This document shows positions 1 to 8,732 of a DNA stretch of 37,601 nt, piece after piece (within the stretch, counting starts at the first letter, position 1; every line of letters starts with the position of its first letter). The stretch comes from a virus. The stretch lies in the IMG/VR virus record IMGVR_UViG_3300044998_000961. The stretch is one strand, 5' to 3'. Position numbers and translations under genes: made by a program. The notes beneath the pieces are model-generated. The model saw only the letters and a program-made list of their open reading frames with translations. It ran no database searches and was not told the origin of the DNA.

Positions 1-127
1 TAGCAATGCCCAAAAGCCGCTCAGTTGACATGCTAGCTAAACTACGCTGAGGAGATCGACATGGCCAAGAATGTACCGGCAATCAAGGCCGGGCGCCGGA
101 ATAGCGCCCTGGATCAAGAGCGCATCA
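1..127. repeat. Terminal direct repeat, left copy (identical to 37475-37601)
   Basis: Read directly. The string tagcaatgcccaaaagccgc...ggatcaagagcgcatca occurs at both ends. The ATG at 61 recurs at 37535. Confidence 0.95.
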
Positions 128-825
128 ATACGATTGCGGAATTAGCCGATGAGATCGCCAGCCTGGCCGAAGAGCTCGGGGCCGAGTCGTATGATGATTC
201 GATGGATGCCCCAACGGCCGATCCAACAAAGGCGATCGACGATCTCGACGATCTCGATGGGCCGATGACGCCGCCCCTTGAGTACGCCCTCGGCGGCGAA
301 ATCAAGGCGATTGATCCATCCAATCCGTACCGGCTGCGCGGTTTGGGCATTGTATTCGGCGGAGCGGATCTTGTCGGCGACACGTTCGGGCCGGATACGG
401 ACTTCGGACTCGAGCGCACATTGAAGGGGATGCCCGTCATGTACGACCACGCACTGCGCGGGATCAAAAGCAAGATCGGGCAAGTCGTCGACTATGAGAT
501 CGTCGACGAGGGGATCGAGATCGAGATCGAGCTCGACCGGCGACACAAATACATCGAACACATTACAACCCTGCTCAACCACAAAGCGCTACAGCAAAGT
601 AGCGGCGCGGTCGGGCATTTGGTGATCCGTCAAAATGGCCAGATTAAACGCTGGATCCTGGGGGAAATCAGCCTTACCCCAACCCCAGCCGAAATCCGAA
701 CCACCATCGCCCCAACGGCGACGGCATCCCCGAAGGCCCCCAGCATGGGGGCGGGCGATGCGCCTGCAGGGCCTGTCTATATCTTGAAGCGAAGGAACAA
801 TCATGACAACGGTCATCGACTATGA
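61..825 (+). CDS. Prohead (capsid maturation) protease, HK97 gp4/S78-like, with an acidic N-terminal extension
   Basis: The ATG follows a gaggag RBS. The pattern GLGIVFGG.D..GD.F, MYDHA, KIGQVV, SSGAVGH, LGEISLTPTPAE fits Caudovirus prohead proteases. It lies between the portal block and the capsid gene, and its 3' end overlaps the capsid start. Confidence 0.65.
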   Translation: MAKNVPAIKAGRRNSALDQERINTIAELADEIASLAEELGAESYDDSMDAPTADPTKAIDDLDDLDGPMTPPLEYALGGEIKAIDPSNPYRLRGLGIVFGGADLVGDTFGPDTDFGLERTLKGMPVMYDHALRGIKSKIGQVVDYEIVDEGIEIEIELDRRHKYIEHITTLLNHKALQQSSGAVGHLVIRQNGQIKRWILGEISLTPTPAEIRTTIAPTATASPKAPSMGAGDAPAGPVYILKRRNNHDNGHRL

Positions 826-2017
826 TCTCCTGGGCCAGAGCCTGAAATCGGTCGTTTCTGATGAGCTCGAGTCCATGGTCGCAGCGCAGGTGGAAGCGGC
901 TCTCAAGCAATTTGAAGACTCCGCCAAGGTTCGTGGCGCAGGCCTCGTGACTCCGGATGGAGGCACCGCAGACGCTGAAATGAAGAGCATGGCTGACTTC
1001 CTGACGGCCATCGCTCGCGGCGATGCGAAGCGGCTGACGCAGATCTACGGATCGAGCCAGATCGACGATCGCGGCGAAAAGAAGGCGCTCAACGAGCAGA
1101 CCGGCGGCGCTGGGGGGTGGACGGTTCCTCCGGAATTCAATAATCGGCTGTTGGAGCAAGCCGGAGAGACCAGCTTGATCGACCGGCTTCCGGCAGGGCG
1201 CCGCCCCATGGAAATGCCCATGTCGAGCCGAACGCTGGAAATGCCCATGCTGGATCAGTCGATCGCCCCAGCCGAAGGCGCGAGCGCGGCCGATGCTGGC
1301 GTGGTCGCGTACTGGACTGCGGAGGCGGGCAGCATCACGGAAACCGAACCAAAATTCAAGCGCTTGCAACTTGAGGCGCACAAGCTCGCCGGCTATACCG
1401 TGGCGAGTCAGGAGCTCAATAGCGACTCGGCGCAAGCGTTGGAATCGCTCCTCACGCGGCTCTTTGGCCGGGCGATCGGCAATCGCCGAAGCTACGCCTT
1501 TATGCGCGGCGATGGAGTCGGAAAGCCGCTTGGCGTGCGCAACGCCCCGGCGGCGATTGCCGTGACTCGCGCTGGGGGAGGCAATGTCGTTGACAAAGCC
1601 GACATCCTCGGCATGCTCGAAAAGCAAATCAATCCCGACAACGCGGTATGGCTGGCCCATCCGTTTTTGCGGTCAACGCTTGCCGATTTGCAAATCGGCA
1701 CGAACACGGCCATGGCCTGGGGGGACATCCGCAACGGATATCCAGCCACCCTCATGGGGGTGCCGATCCTGTTCGGCCAGCATATGTCGGCCCCTGGCAG
1801 CGCCTTCGATCTGGCATTGATCGACTGGTCGTATTATCTGATCGGCAATCGGGGCGGTACCGCGATTGCCATGTCGCCGCATGCGAAGTTTTTAACGGAT
1901 GAGCTCACCTGGCGCTTTACGCATCGGGTCGACGGGCAGCCCTGGGTGTCCAACAAAATGATGCTTGCTGATGGGGCCGGGTCGAATTACGTGTCGCCAT
2001 TTATCTATCTGAGCTAA
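803..2017 (+). CDS. Major capsid protein, HK97 fold
   Basis: 404 aa. A helical N-terminal delta-like segment is followed by GGWTVPPEF and a family-typical core. It directly follows the protease and has a gaagga RBS. Confidence 0.85.
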   Translation: MTTVIDYDLLGQSLKSVVSDELESMVAAQVEAALKQFEDSAKVRGAGLVTPDGGTADAEMKSMADFLTAIARGDAKRLTQIYGSSQIDDRGEKKALNEQTGGAGGWTVPPEFNNRLLEQAGETSLIDRLPAGRRPMEMPMSSRTLEMPMLDQSIAPAEGASAADAGVVAYWTAEAGSITETEPKFKRLQLEAHKLAGYTVASQELNSDSAQALESLLTRLFGRAIGNRRSYAFMRGDGVGKPLGVRNAPAAIAVTRAGGGNVVDKADILGMLEKQINPDNAVWLAHPFLRSTLADLQIGTNTAMAWGDIRNGYPATLMGVPILFGQHMSAPGSAFDLALIDWSYYLIGNRGGTAIAMSPHAKFLTDELTWRFTHRVDGQPWVSNKMMLADGAGSNYVSPFIYLS

Positions 2018-2078
2018 TGTCAGAGAGGATGGCTGTAGTGTGGGGGGAGCGATCCTCCCCTATCGAGGAAATTATTAT

Positions 2079-2531
2079 ATGCCAGCAGGAATGACCGAGG
2101 AAAGTGCCGTTGTTGGGCAGATCAGCCCGGCGAGCCGCACGCCGTCGACGACGTACTCAACAGTCGTAGATATGTCGCTCATTGGGCGACTTGTGGCTAC
2201 CGTGCTCGTGGGGGCCATGGGGGAGGGAGCCACGCTGGACGCCACATTCTATGGCAATACCGTCAATTCGACCAGCGGTGGCACCGCGATCACTGGCAAG
2301 AGCCTGGCCGCCGACACGTTCAGCGGCTCGGGCGATCAGAACGGAGTCGCGCTGATCGAAGTCACAAGCGAAGAAGTGGCCGCCCAGGGCTTTCGCTATG
2401 TGTTTCTTGACGTGACCACCACCACGGCGGCAATCGTGTATGGGGCCGTGCTCACGGCCTATCATACCCGCTACGCCAACGCCGCAACCGATCTGCCCGA
2501 TCTGGCTGCTGTTCGTGAGATCGTGTACTGA
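2079..2531 (+). CDS. Hypothetical head-associated protein (possible decoration protein)
   Basis: ATG 2079 has a gagga RBS; the ORF opens at GTG 2040. 150 aa, rich in S/T/G, between the capsid and connector genes. No family recognised. Confidence 0.4.
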   Translation: MPAGMTEESAVVGQISPASRTPSTTYSTVVDMSLIGRLVATVLVGAMGEGATLDATFYGNTVNSTSGGTAITGKSLAADTFSGSGDQNGVALIEVTSEEVAAQGFRYVFLDVTTTTAAIVYGAVLTAYHTRYANAATDLPDLAAVREIVY

Positions 2532-2544
2532 GATACGATAGGGG

Positions 2545-3264
2545 ATGGGTGGGGCGGGCCTTCGGCCCGCGCTCATCCTTCCTCGCAGGAAGGGCTCCAC
2601 CTTGAATCTCCTGATTGCAACCCCAAAAATACGAACGATTGGCCGTGTGGCAATTAGCCATTGGGCCGCTCGTGCCAGATGGGGGAAAGCGCACACGGCG
2701 ATCGAAATGCAAGATGCCCCCAGGGCCGGGGGATCCAACCTTGATGTTCTCGCAAAGTATCAGGCCATCCGATCCATATTTCTCGCAGGGCCCTACGATG
2801 CCCTGCTCACCATCGAGGATGATATCATTGTTCCATCAAATGCCATCGCGGCGCTCACCGCGATCAATGCTGATATTGTCTATGGGCTGTATGTATGGCG
2901 ATCCGCCGGGCACCGATGGAACGCTACTACCGAGCTCAACGAACGGGGCGGCGTGTCCATTTCGCAAAGTAATCCCCAGGGCGCACGGGAATTGCTGCAA
3001 TCGGGGGGCGTTGGCTTGGTCGCTGGCATGGGCAATGGATGCACGCTGCTTCAGCGGCGCGTGATCGAGGCGATCCCGTTTCGGGTCGATCATCGCAATC
3101 GTGCAGCTCAGGATTGGTGCATGGCGCGGGACGCTGCAGAACGGGGATTCCGTCAGGTGTGCCATTATGGCGTCGTCTGTGGCCATGTCGAGATCAAGAG
3201 TCAATTCCGAGTCTTCTGGCCGGACGCGGGGCCGGAATTGTATCGCGAAGAGATCGCCGAATGA
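2545..3264 (+). CDS. GT-A fold glycosyltransferase-like protein, paralog 1
   Basis: Shares KYQA.R..FLAGPYDALLT.EDD...PSNAI..L....AD..YGLYVWR, G.G.GCTL.QR.V.E.IPFR and VVCGH with the 4370..5041 ORF. The EDD after a hydrophobic strand resembles a DXD motif. An alternative TTG start at 2602 has an aggaaggg RBS and aligns better with paralog 2. Confidence 0.5.
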   Translation: MGGAGLRPALILPRRKGSTLNLLIATPKIRTIGRVAISHWAARARWGKAHTAIEMQDAPRAGGSNLDVLAKYQAIRSIFLAGPYDALLTIEDDIIVPSNAIAALTAINADIVYGLYVWRSAGHRWNATTELNERGGVSISQSNPQGARELLQSGGVGLVAGMGNGCTLLQRRVIEAIPFRVDHRNRAAQDWCMARDAAERGFRQVCHYGVVCGHVEIKSQFRVFWPDAGPELYREEIAE

Positions 3265-3340
3265 GCAACATCCGCTATGGGCGGCCTCAAGAGATCGAGG
3301 GCGGGGCCAGCGGCCCGGATACTGTAGATGTTGGTGAGCT

Positions 3341-3931
3341 ATGGCGTATGTAACCCTGGCCGAAGTGAAAACTTATTTGAATATCCCATCCGCAACGACG
3401 GATGACGATACGCAATTGAGCGAATTTATCAATGTGGCGCAGGCCACGATCGAAGCGCCGCCGCCGATCGGAACGGGCCGCCGGTTTGAGGCGGCTTTAT
3501 CAACCCAATATTTTGATGCGGTCGAGGACGTTAACGACCGCGAACTCTTGTTCAACGGGCTCGACCTGGCCGCGATCACCAATGTGACAAATGGCGACGG
3601 AACGACGATCAGCGCGGAAGACTATATCCTGCTGCCCCGCAATTCAAACGGGCCCTACTACGGTTTGATATTGCGACGCGGGGCAAACGTCTCATGGACG
3701 TATGACGACAGCCCAGAGCAATCCATCGCCATACAGGGCTATTGGGCCTATTCGCAGACGGCGGGCAGCTTCATCAAACAGATCACGTTGCGCCTTGTGC
3801 AACTGCTCTATCGCCAGCGCAGCGGAACGAATATCGATCAGGCCGTGCAGACAGAGAACGGGCTGATCCTTCCAAGCGCCATGCCGAAGGATATTCGTGA
3901 GGCGCTCGCAGGGCTACGGAGCTTAATATGA
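3341..3931 (+). CDS. Head-tail connector / adaptor protein (gp6-like)
   Basis: The N-terminus MAYVTLAEVKTYLNI...TDDDTQLSEFI..AQATIE is typical of gp6-like head-tail connector proteins. It sits in the structural module. Confidence 0.65.
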   Translation: MAYVTLAEVKTYLNIPSATTDDDTQLSEFINVAQATIEAPPPIGTGRRFEAALSTQYFDAVEDVNDRELLFNGLDLAAITNVTNGDGTTISAEDYILLPRNSNGPYYGLILRRGANVSWTYDDSPEQSIAIQGYWAYSQTAGSFIKQITLRLVQLLYRQRSGTNIDQAVQTENGLILPSAMPKDIREALAGLRSLI

Positions 3932-4365
3932 ATATTGCCCAAATCATCGTTGATCTGCAAGCCTATCATGCGGGGCTCGATTCCGTAAAAAGCGCCCCGG
4001 CCACCCGGCCCGTGTCGGTGCCTTCGGCCAACTGCCCATGTATTTTGCTCCGGCCGGGGAGCACCGAGATCCGGGCGTTTGCGCGGGCGATCAGCGAAAC
4101 AACGATTCGCGTTGAGGGGATCTGTCTGATCGGCGGGCCCCTAGAGGGGATAGCGGTCAGTGGCGTGATCGACCTTGGCGAAACGGTGCGATCGGAGCTC
4201 GTCACGCTTTATGAGGATCTCATCAGCAATGCCGCACTCGGCGAGCTACCAACATCGATGGCCCGTGTCATCAGCTACGCGGACTCGGGCGAGGCTTCAG
4301 CGCTGATCGAATATGAGAATCAGCGGTATCTCGGCTTCACCTTCACCGTGAGTCTGTGGAGTTGA
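3928..4365 (+). CDS. Hypothetical neck / tail-completion protein
   Basis: ATGA start-stop overlap with the connector gene. 145 aa. Called on position only. Confidence 0.35.
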   Translation: MNIAQIIVDLQAYHAGLDSVKSAPATRPVSVPSANCPCILLRPGSTEIRAFARAISETTIRVEGICLIGGPLEGIAVSGVIDLGETVRSELVTLYEDLISNAALGELPTSMARVISYADSGEASALIEYENQRYLGFTFTVSLWS

Positions 4366-4369
4366 CACC

Positions 4370-5041
4370 ATGCGCATCATGATCGGCGTGCTGGCCTGTC
4401 GTCTCAACAACGAAACCATGCGCCGTCTCCTAACGCAACAGTGGGATGATCCGCTTGAGATCATGATCTTCTGGGGGGATGATCAGCGGCCTGGCGAATC
4501 GCGTTTTGCGGCGATTACGCGCAAATATCAGGCGATGCGCGATCGCTTCCTTGCAGGCCCCTATGATGCCCTGCTCACGGTTGAAGACGATATGTACATC
4601 CCCAGCAATGCGATCGCTGATCTCGTGGCATGCCGAGCGGATGTCGCCTATGGGCTCTATGTGTGGCGATACGTCGGGAATCATTGGTGGAACGCGTACG
4701 CCAAGATCGAGCAGGATGCCGAATCGTTCAAATATTGGTCGTTGTCATTCGATCGCGAGCAGGCGCAGCGGCATATCTACGCGGGGAGCGTCATCAAGGT
4801 CGAGGGCCTGGGCTTCGGATGCACGCTGATTCAGCGCCATGTGCTGGAGTCGATTCCGTTTCGGATCGACCCGGCCTATGGCGGGGCATGCAACGACACA
4901 TTTTTCGCATGGGATTGCAAACAAGCCCACTACACGCAAGTGTGCGATCTCAGCGTGGTATGCGGCCATCGGATCGACGATCGCCGCGTTATCTGGCCGG
5001 ACGGGAGCGCACCGGAATTGTACCGAATCGAAGGAGTCTAA
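4370..5041 (+). CDS. GT-A fold glycosyltransferase-like protein, paralog 2
   Basis: 223 aa. An N-terminal IMIGVLACR strand is followed by LLTVEDDMYIPSNAI (DXD-like) and GLGFGCTLIQRHVLESIPFR. Clear paralog of the 2545..3264 ORF. Confidence 0.5.
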   Translation: MRIMIGVLACRLNNETMRRLLTQQWDDPLEIMIFWGDDQRPGESRFAAITRKYQAMRDRFLAGPYDALLTVEDDMYIPSNAIADLVACRADVAYGLYVWRYVGNHWWNAYAKIEQDAESFKYWSLSFDREQAQRHIYAGSVIKVEGLGFGCTLIQRHVLESIPFRIDPAYGGACNDTFFAWDCKQAHYTQVCDLSVVCGHRIDDRRVIWPDGSAPELYRIEGV

Positions 5042-5044
5042 CCG

Positions 5045-5476
5045 ATGGCAAGCGTCAAATACCATGGAAAGAACACAATTGTTCTGTATGCCGTATCGCC
5101 CAACACGGCGCCGACGATCAACCTGAGCGGGTCGAGCCGTACCGTCAGCGTGAATCAGCAGGGGCAGGAGCAGGACGTGAGCACCCGCGATGATTTCATC
5201 GAGGATGCGACTCAGTATCTGACCAATCCCCCCCAGCGAACAATACAGCTGCAGGGGTTGGACACCACCCCGGCCAATAGCCGGACATGGAACGATGTCG
5301 ACGTTGGCGATCAGGGCCGCGTCGCCGTCTATCCCTTTGGCAGTGGGGCAAATAGCCCCTACGAAATCGGCAACGTTGTCTGTACCCAGAGCAACTATAG
5401 CTCACCGCATGACAATGCCGCTACCTGGGATATTCAGTGGCGCATTTCTGGCCCATGGACAAAGGGTACGACCTAA
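5045..5476 (+). CDS. Major tail (tube) protein, by position
   Basis: 143 aa. It lies immediately upstream of the G/GT chaperone pair and the tape measure. Confidence 0.5.
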   Translation: MASVKYHGKNTIVLYAVSPNTAPTINLSGSSRTVSVNQQGQEQDVSTRDDFIEDATQYLTNPPQRTIQLQGLDTTPANSRTWNDVDVGDQGRVAVYPFGSGANSPYEIGNVVCTQSNYSSPHDNAATWDIQWRISGPWTKGTT

Positions 5477-5488
5477 AAGGAATCCGCC

Positions 5489-5980
5489 ATGTCCTCCAAA
5501 ACAACCCAGCGCAAAGGCGAACAAGCGATTCCGTTCGGGGCCGTCTATGAGACGATCGAAACGCCGCCCGAGCTCGGCTATGATCCGCCCATCCGCGTGA
5601 TCATTCGAGCGAATCCCACAGCGGGCGATTGGGAGCGCTGGAATGAGGCCAATGCAATGGCCCCAACCAAGCCCGACAAGCCGATCGCCGAAGCGGTCGA
5701 CCAGGCCGAAGCGGATCGGCTTGAACGGGAATGGGCGCGCTACCATCGCGACACTGCCACGCGGCGACTCTTGATCTGCAAAGCGCTTTGCACGCTGTAT
5801 CATCGGACGCCGGAAGTATGCCCCGAGCTTGATTTTTCAACCGAGCGTTCGACCGAAATCCTCTGGGATAATAAAGATATTCCTGATGAGCTCTGGCTCT
5901 GGCTGCTCAGCTTGCCATGGGATGTCGTGGCCCGGAGGCGCGAAATCATCATGGGAAAAACGAATCGGGCGAGCAGCTAG
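5489..5980 (+). CDS. Tail assembly chaperone (G-like, zero-frame product)
   Basis: 163 aa, between the tube and tape measure genes. It contains the slippery heptamer G GGA AAA near its 3' end. Confidence 0.7.
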   Translation: MSSKTTQRKGEQAIPFGAVYETIETPPELGYDPPIRVIIRANPTAGDWERWNEANAMAPTKPDKPIAEAVDQAEADRLEREWARYHRDTATRRLLICKALCTLYHRTPEVCPELDFSTERSTEILWDNKDIPDELWLWLLSLPWDVVARRREIIMGKTNRASS

Positions 5981-6219
5981 ATTATGTTGGCGATGTGATC
6001 GCCAACGGGCAACTCATCCGGTTGCTGCCCGATGACAACCCCTACAAACAGGCCCGCATGCCCGCTCTGGCCCTGCTTGAGCGACTCCAAGTATGCGCAG
6101 CTTTGAATAAAGCGCTGGGAACATCCCACGGGCCCTATGATTGGGATGATTATCCGCTCGAATTGATCGAGGTCGCGATAGCATGGATCGCCGCTCAACA
6201 GGACAACCATGACCACTGA
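5489..6219 (+). CDS. Tail assembly chaperone -1 frameshift fusion (GT-like product)
   Basis: ORF 5917..6219 is in the -1 frame relative to 5489..5980 and overlaps it. A slip at 5953-5959 would join ...REIIMGK to NESGEQLDY... The fusion ends 11 nt into the tape measure gene. Confidence 0.65.
5953..5959 (+). promoter_or_regulatory. Programmed -1 ribosomal frameshift slippery heptamer G GGA AAA
   Basis: Zero-frame codons are ATG GGA AAA ACG (5951-5962), so GGGAAAA sits in X XXY YYZ register. It is 19 nt before the zero-frame stop. Confidence 0.7.
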
Positions 6220-8380
6220 TCGCATCGAGCTTCTCATCACGGCGAAGAATGCTGCAAGCGCCTCGCTTCGGGCCGCTGCGCAGGATGTGGCCGGGCTCGG
6301 CGCGAACGTTGATCGCGCCAATACGGCGATGGGCGGCGCGAAAGAACAAGCCGAGCGACTCGGGCAGGCGCTCGGAAGCAGCAAAGAGAAGGCCAGCGGA
6401 CTCGCGCAGGGGATCAAGGGCCTGGGCGCTGCCTTCGCAGCCCTCGGCGTTGCGGCCATGGTTCAGCAGCTCTTGAGCTTCGGGACGGCCCTCGGACAAG
6501 CGGCGCTCGGGCTTGAGAAAGCACGATCAACGGCGCAATTGTTGGCGGGGGACTCGGCCCGCTACAATGAAGTGATCGCCATTGCCCGACAGAATCAGAT
6601 CCTGTTTGGCGGATCGCTGCAAGAAAACGTGCAAGGCCTGGCATCCCTCGCCGGGCAGGCCCGCAAAAGCGGGATCGAGCTGTCAACACTTAACGATCTC
6701 AGTCAGCGCCTGAATCTGCTTTCGCCCGAGCAGGGGCTCGAAGGCGCGGCGATCGCGCTTCGCGAGGCCCTCGCCGGCGATACCACCAGTCTTGTCGAGC
6801 GATTTGAGCTCCCCCGACTCGAGCTCGCCAAGCTGCGCGACGCCAGCCTGACGGCCGCGCAGCGGGTCGAGATTCTGAATAAGGTATTAGAGGATCAAGG
6901 GGTCAAGGCCGGGGCCGTGGCGGGCACCGTGAGCCGGACTCAGCAAATTTATAACTTTCTCGGCCGCACGCTGGAGGATCTGTCAATTGTCGCCGGCGAT
7001 CGGCTCGCGAAAGCGTTTGAACATGTTGCGCTCGGCCTGGCTACCGTGATTGAGGGGGCCACGCGGGGCGCGATCGTCGTATCGGCGTTTTTCGATGCGC
7101 TCGGGCGTGGCGTGCCCATCCAAGAAGCATGGGCCGATGCCAACGGGGCCGGGGCGCAGCGGCTCGCCGAGCAGCTCGGCCTCTTGCCCGCACAAACCGC
7201 AGCCACAAACGCGCAAACCGCAGCCACAAACGCGCAAACCGCAGCCATCCAGGGCCAAACGGCGGCCATGGGGCAAAGCATCGCCCAACAGGAGATCGCC
7301 CGCGTTCAATCGCAGCTGCTCGCACAACAGCAGGATGCGCTACGGATCGCCGCGATGGATGCGGCGATGGGCAGCGGATCGCTGGAGGCAGCCGCCGCTC
7401 GCTTGGCGGGGCAATTTCCGATCACGGCGGATGAAGCCCGGGCGCTGGTTGGGGCGCTGCGTGAGCTGAACCCGGCAGCGGTCGCCGGAGCGCAGCGCCT
7501 CGAGGCGCAAGCGGCGCAAACCCGTCATATGGTGGATCGGATTGGGCCGGGCAGCCCTGGCAAGGGCGGCGCAACGGATGCCGATATCGATCGAGTCGTC
7601 GAGCGCCAAAAAGCGGCGAAAGCCGAAGCCGAAGCGCTCGCAGCGGCCAATGCTCGCTATATCATTAGCACCGAAACGAGCGCCGAGCGAGTCGGGCGCT
7701 TGCGGCGCGAACTGCAAACCCTCACCCAGGGCACTGCAGCCTATCGCAACAAACAGATCGACATCCTCGAAGCGGAGAAACAACTCGCCGCTGAGCGGGG
7801 CCGGGGCGCAGCGCGGGCAAGTCGCACCGTGGCCACGGAAGCGCAGCGGCTGAGCGCCATTGAGGATCGTACGGCGGAGCACTACCGGCGACTCCAGCAG
7901 GCGCAGGCCGATTACGAATTGTCGAGCAGTCGCAATCGTGAAGATTTCGAGCGCCAGCGGCTACGGCTGCTCGCCGAAGGCCGCATCAAGGAAGCGCAGC
8001 TGCTCGCCGAAGAATTTGCGATCAAAGAGCGGCGCAGCAGAGAGGATTTTGACCGGCAGCAGGCCCGATCACAACAGGAATTCGGCGGCCTGCTCGGCGG
8101 CGTTGCTGGTCGCACGGTTGCCCGCACCCAACCCGGCGGGGCCGTAGGCTCGGCCGCTGGGGCCGCCCAGGGAGTTGGGGCGGGGCCGGGCGGCGGCCCC
8201 GCGCCCACAACCATCACCGTGCATGTGATCGGATCCGTGCTGCTCGACGGGCAAAAAGTGGGCGATCTGATCCTGCCACGAGTCGAGCAGGCCATCGATC
8301 AGAGTCTGACTCTGGCCATCGAAACGGCAGCAATCAATGTCAATCAAGGGCAGAGCGCCATACGTGGAGGGAGGCCATAA
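6209..8380 (+). CDS. Tape measure protein
   Basis: 723 aa, a coiled-coil protein rich in A/Q/E/R/L with a G-rich C-terminal part. It directly follows the G/GT pair. Confidence 0.9.
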   Translation: MTTDRIELLITAKNAASASLRAAAQDVAGLGANVDRANTAMGGAKEQAERLGQALGSSKEKASGLAQGIKGLGAAFAALGVAAMVQQLLSFGTALGQAALGLEKARSTAQLLAGDSARYNEVIAIARQNQILFGGSLQENVQGLASLAGQARKSGIELSTLNDLSQRLNLLSPEQGLEGAAIALREALAGDTTSLVERFELPRLELAKLRDASLTAAQRVEILNKVLEDQGVKAGAVAGTVSRTQQIYNFLGRTLEDLSIVAGDRLAKAFEHVALGLATVIEGATRGAIVVSAFFDALGRGVPIQEAWADANGAGAQRLAEQLGLLPAQTAATNAQTAATNAQTAAIQGQTAAMGQSIAQQEIARVQSQLLAQQQDALRIAAMDAAMGSGSLEAAAARLAGQFPITADEARALVGALRELNPAAVAGAQRLEAQAAQTRHMVDRIGPGSPGKGGATDADIDRVVERQKAAKAEAEALAAANARYIISTETSAERVGRLRRELQTLTQGTAAYRNKQIDILEAEKQLAAERGRGAARASRTVATEAQRLSAIEDRTAEHYRRLQQAQADYELSSSRNREDFERQRLRLLAEGRIKEAQLLAEEFAIKERRSREDFDRQQARSQQEFGGLLGGVAGRTVARTQPGGAVGSAAGAAQGVGAGPGGGPAPTTITVHVIGSVLLDGQKVGDLILPRVEQAIDQSLTLAIETAAINVNQGQSAIRGGRP
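7190..7273 (+). repeat. In-frame 21-bp tandem repeat (4 units, the last two degenerate) inside the tape measure gene
   Basis: gcacaaaccgcagccacaaac, gcgcaaaccgcagccacaaac, gcgcaaaccgcagccatccag, ggccaaacggcggccatgggg. These encode AQTAATN AQTAATN AQTAAIQ GQTAAMG. Confidence 0.85.
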
Positions 8381-8382
8381 TA

Positions 8383-8732
8383 TGCCATGGTCGTTTGGCG
8401 GATCGAGCTTTGCCGTTGCGGCGGATGGGCCGATCTTTGATGAATGGTTTCCGGTTCGCGTCGAACATACCCAGGATGCGATCCTGGGCAGCTCGGCGGC
8501 CTATGTCGATATTGGAGCAACCGTGCGCGAGCCCATGGCGCTGGTCGCGCAATTTACGACCACGGCGGCCCGCGATGCAATCGAGGCCAAACTCGGCACC
8601 GTCGACACGCTCGCCGATGACGACGGACGCGAATGTCAGGCGCTGCTCAGCAGCGCGTTGCCCATCCGGGTGAAATCGCCCGGATCTGGATTCTATCGCC
8701 TGGCAATCACCTTTGTCTATGTCGAGGCGTGA
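8383..8732 (+). CDS. Minor tail protein (lambda gpM-like position)
   Basis: ATG 8383 has a ggagggagg RBS; the ORF opens at 8337. 116 aa, first gene after the tape measure. Confidence 0.4.

Noticed and set aside
674-1660. 328-aa minus-strand ORF across the protease and capsid genes
   Set aside because: It is antisense to a confidently recognised major capsid gene. Its composition is rich in R/A/G/P, typical of spurious ORFs in GC-rich DNA, and it has no RBS or family motif.
2040-2078. GTG 2040 as the start of the 2040-2531 ORF
   Set aside because: ATG 2079 has a proper gagga RBS. The upstream 13 codons overlap the capsid-gene terminator-proximal spacer and have no RBS.
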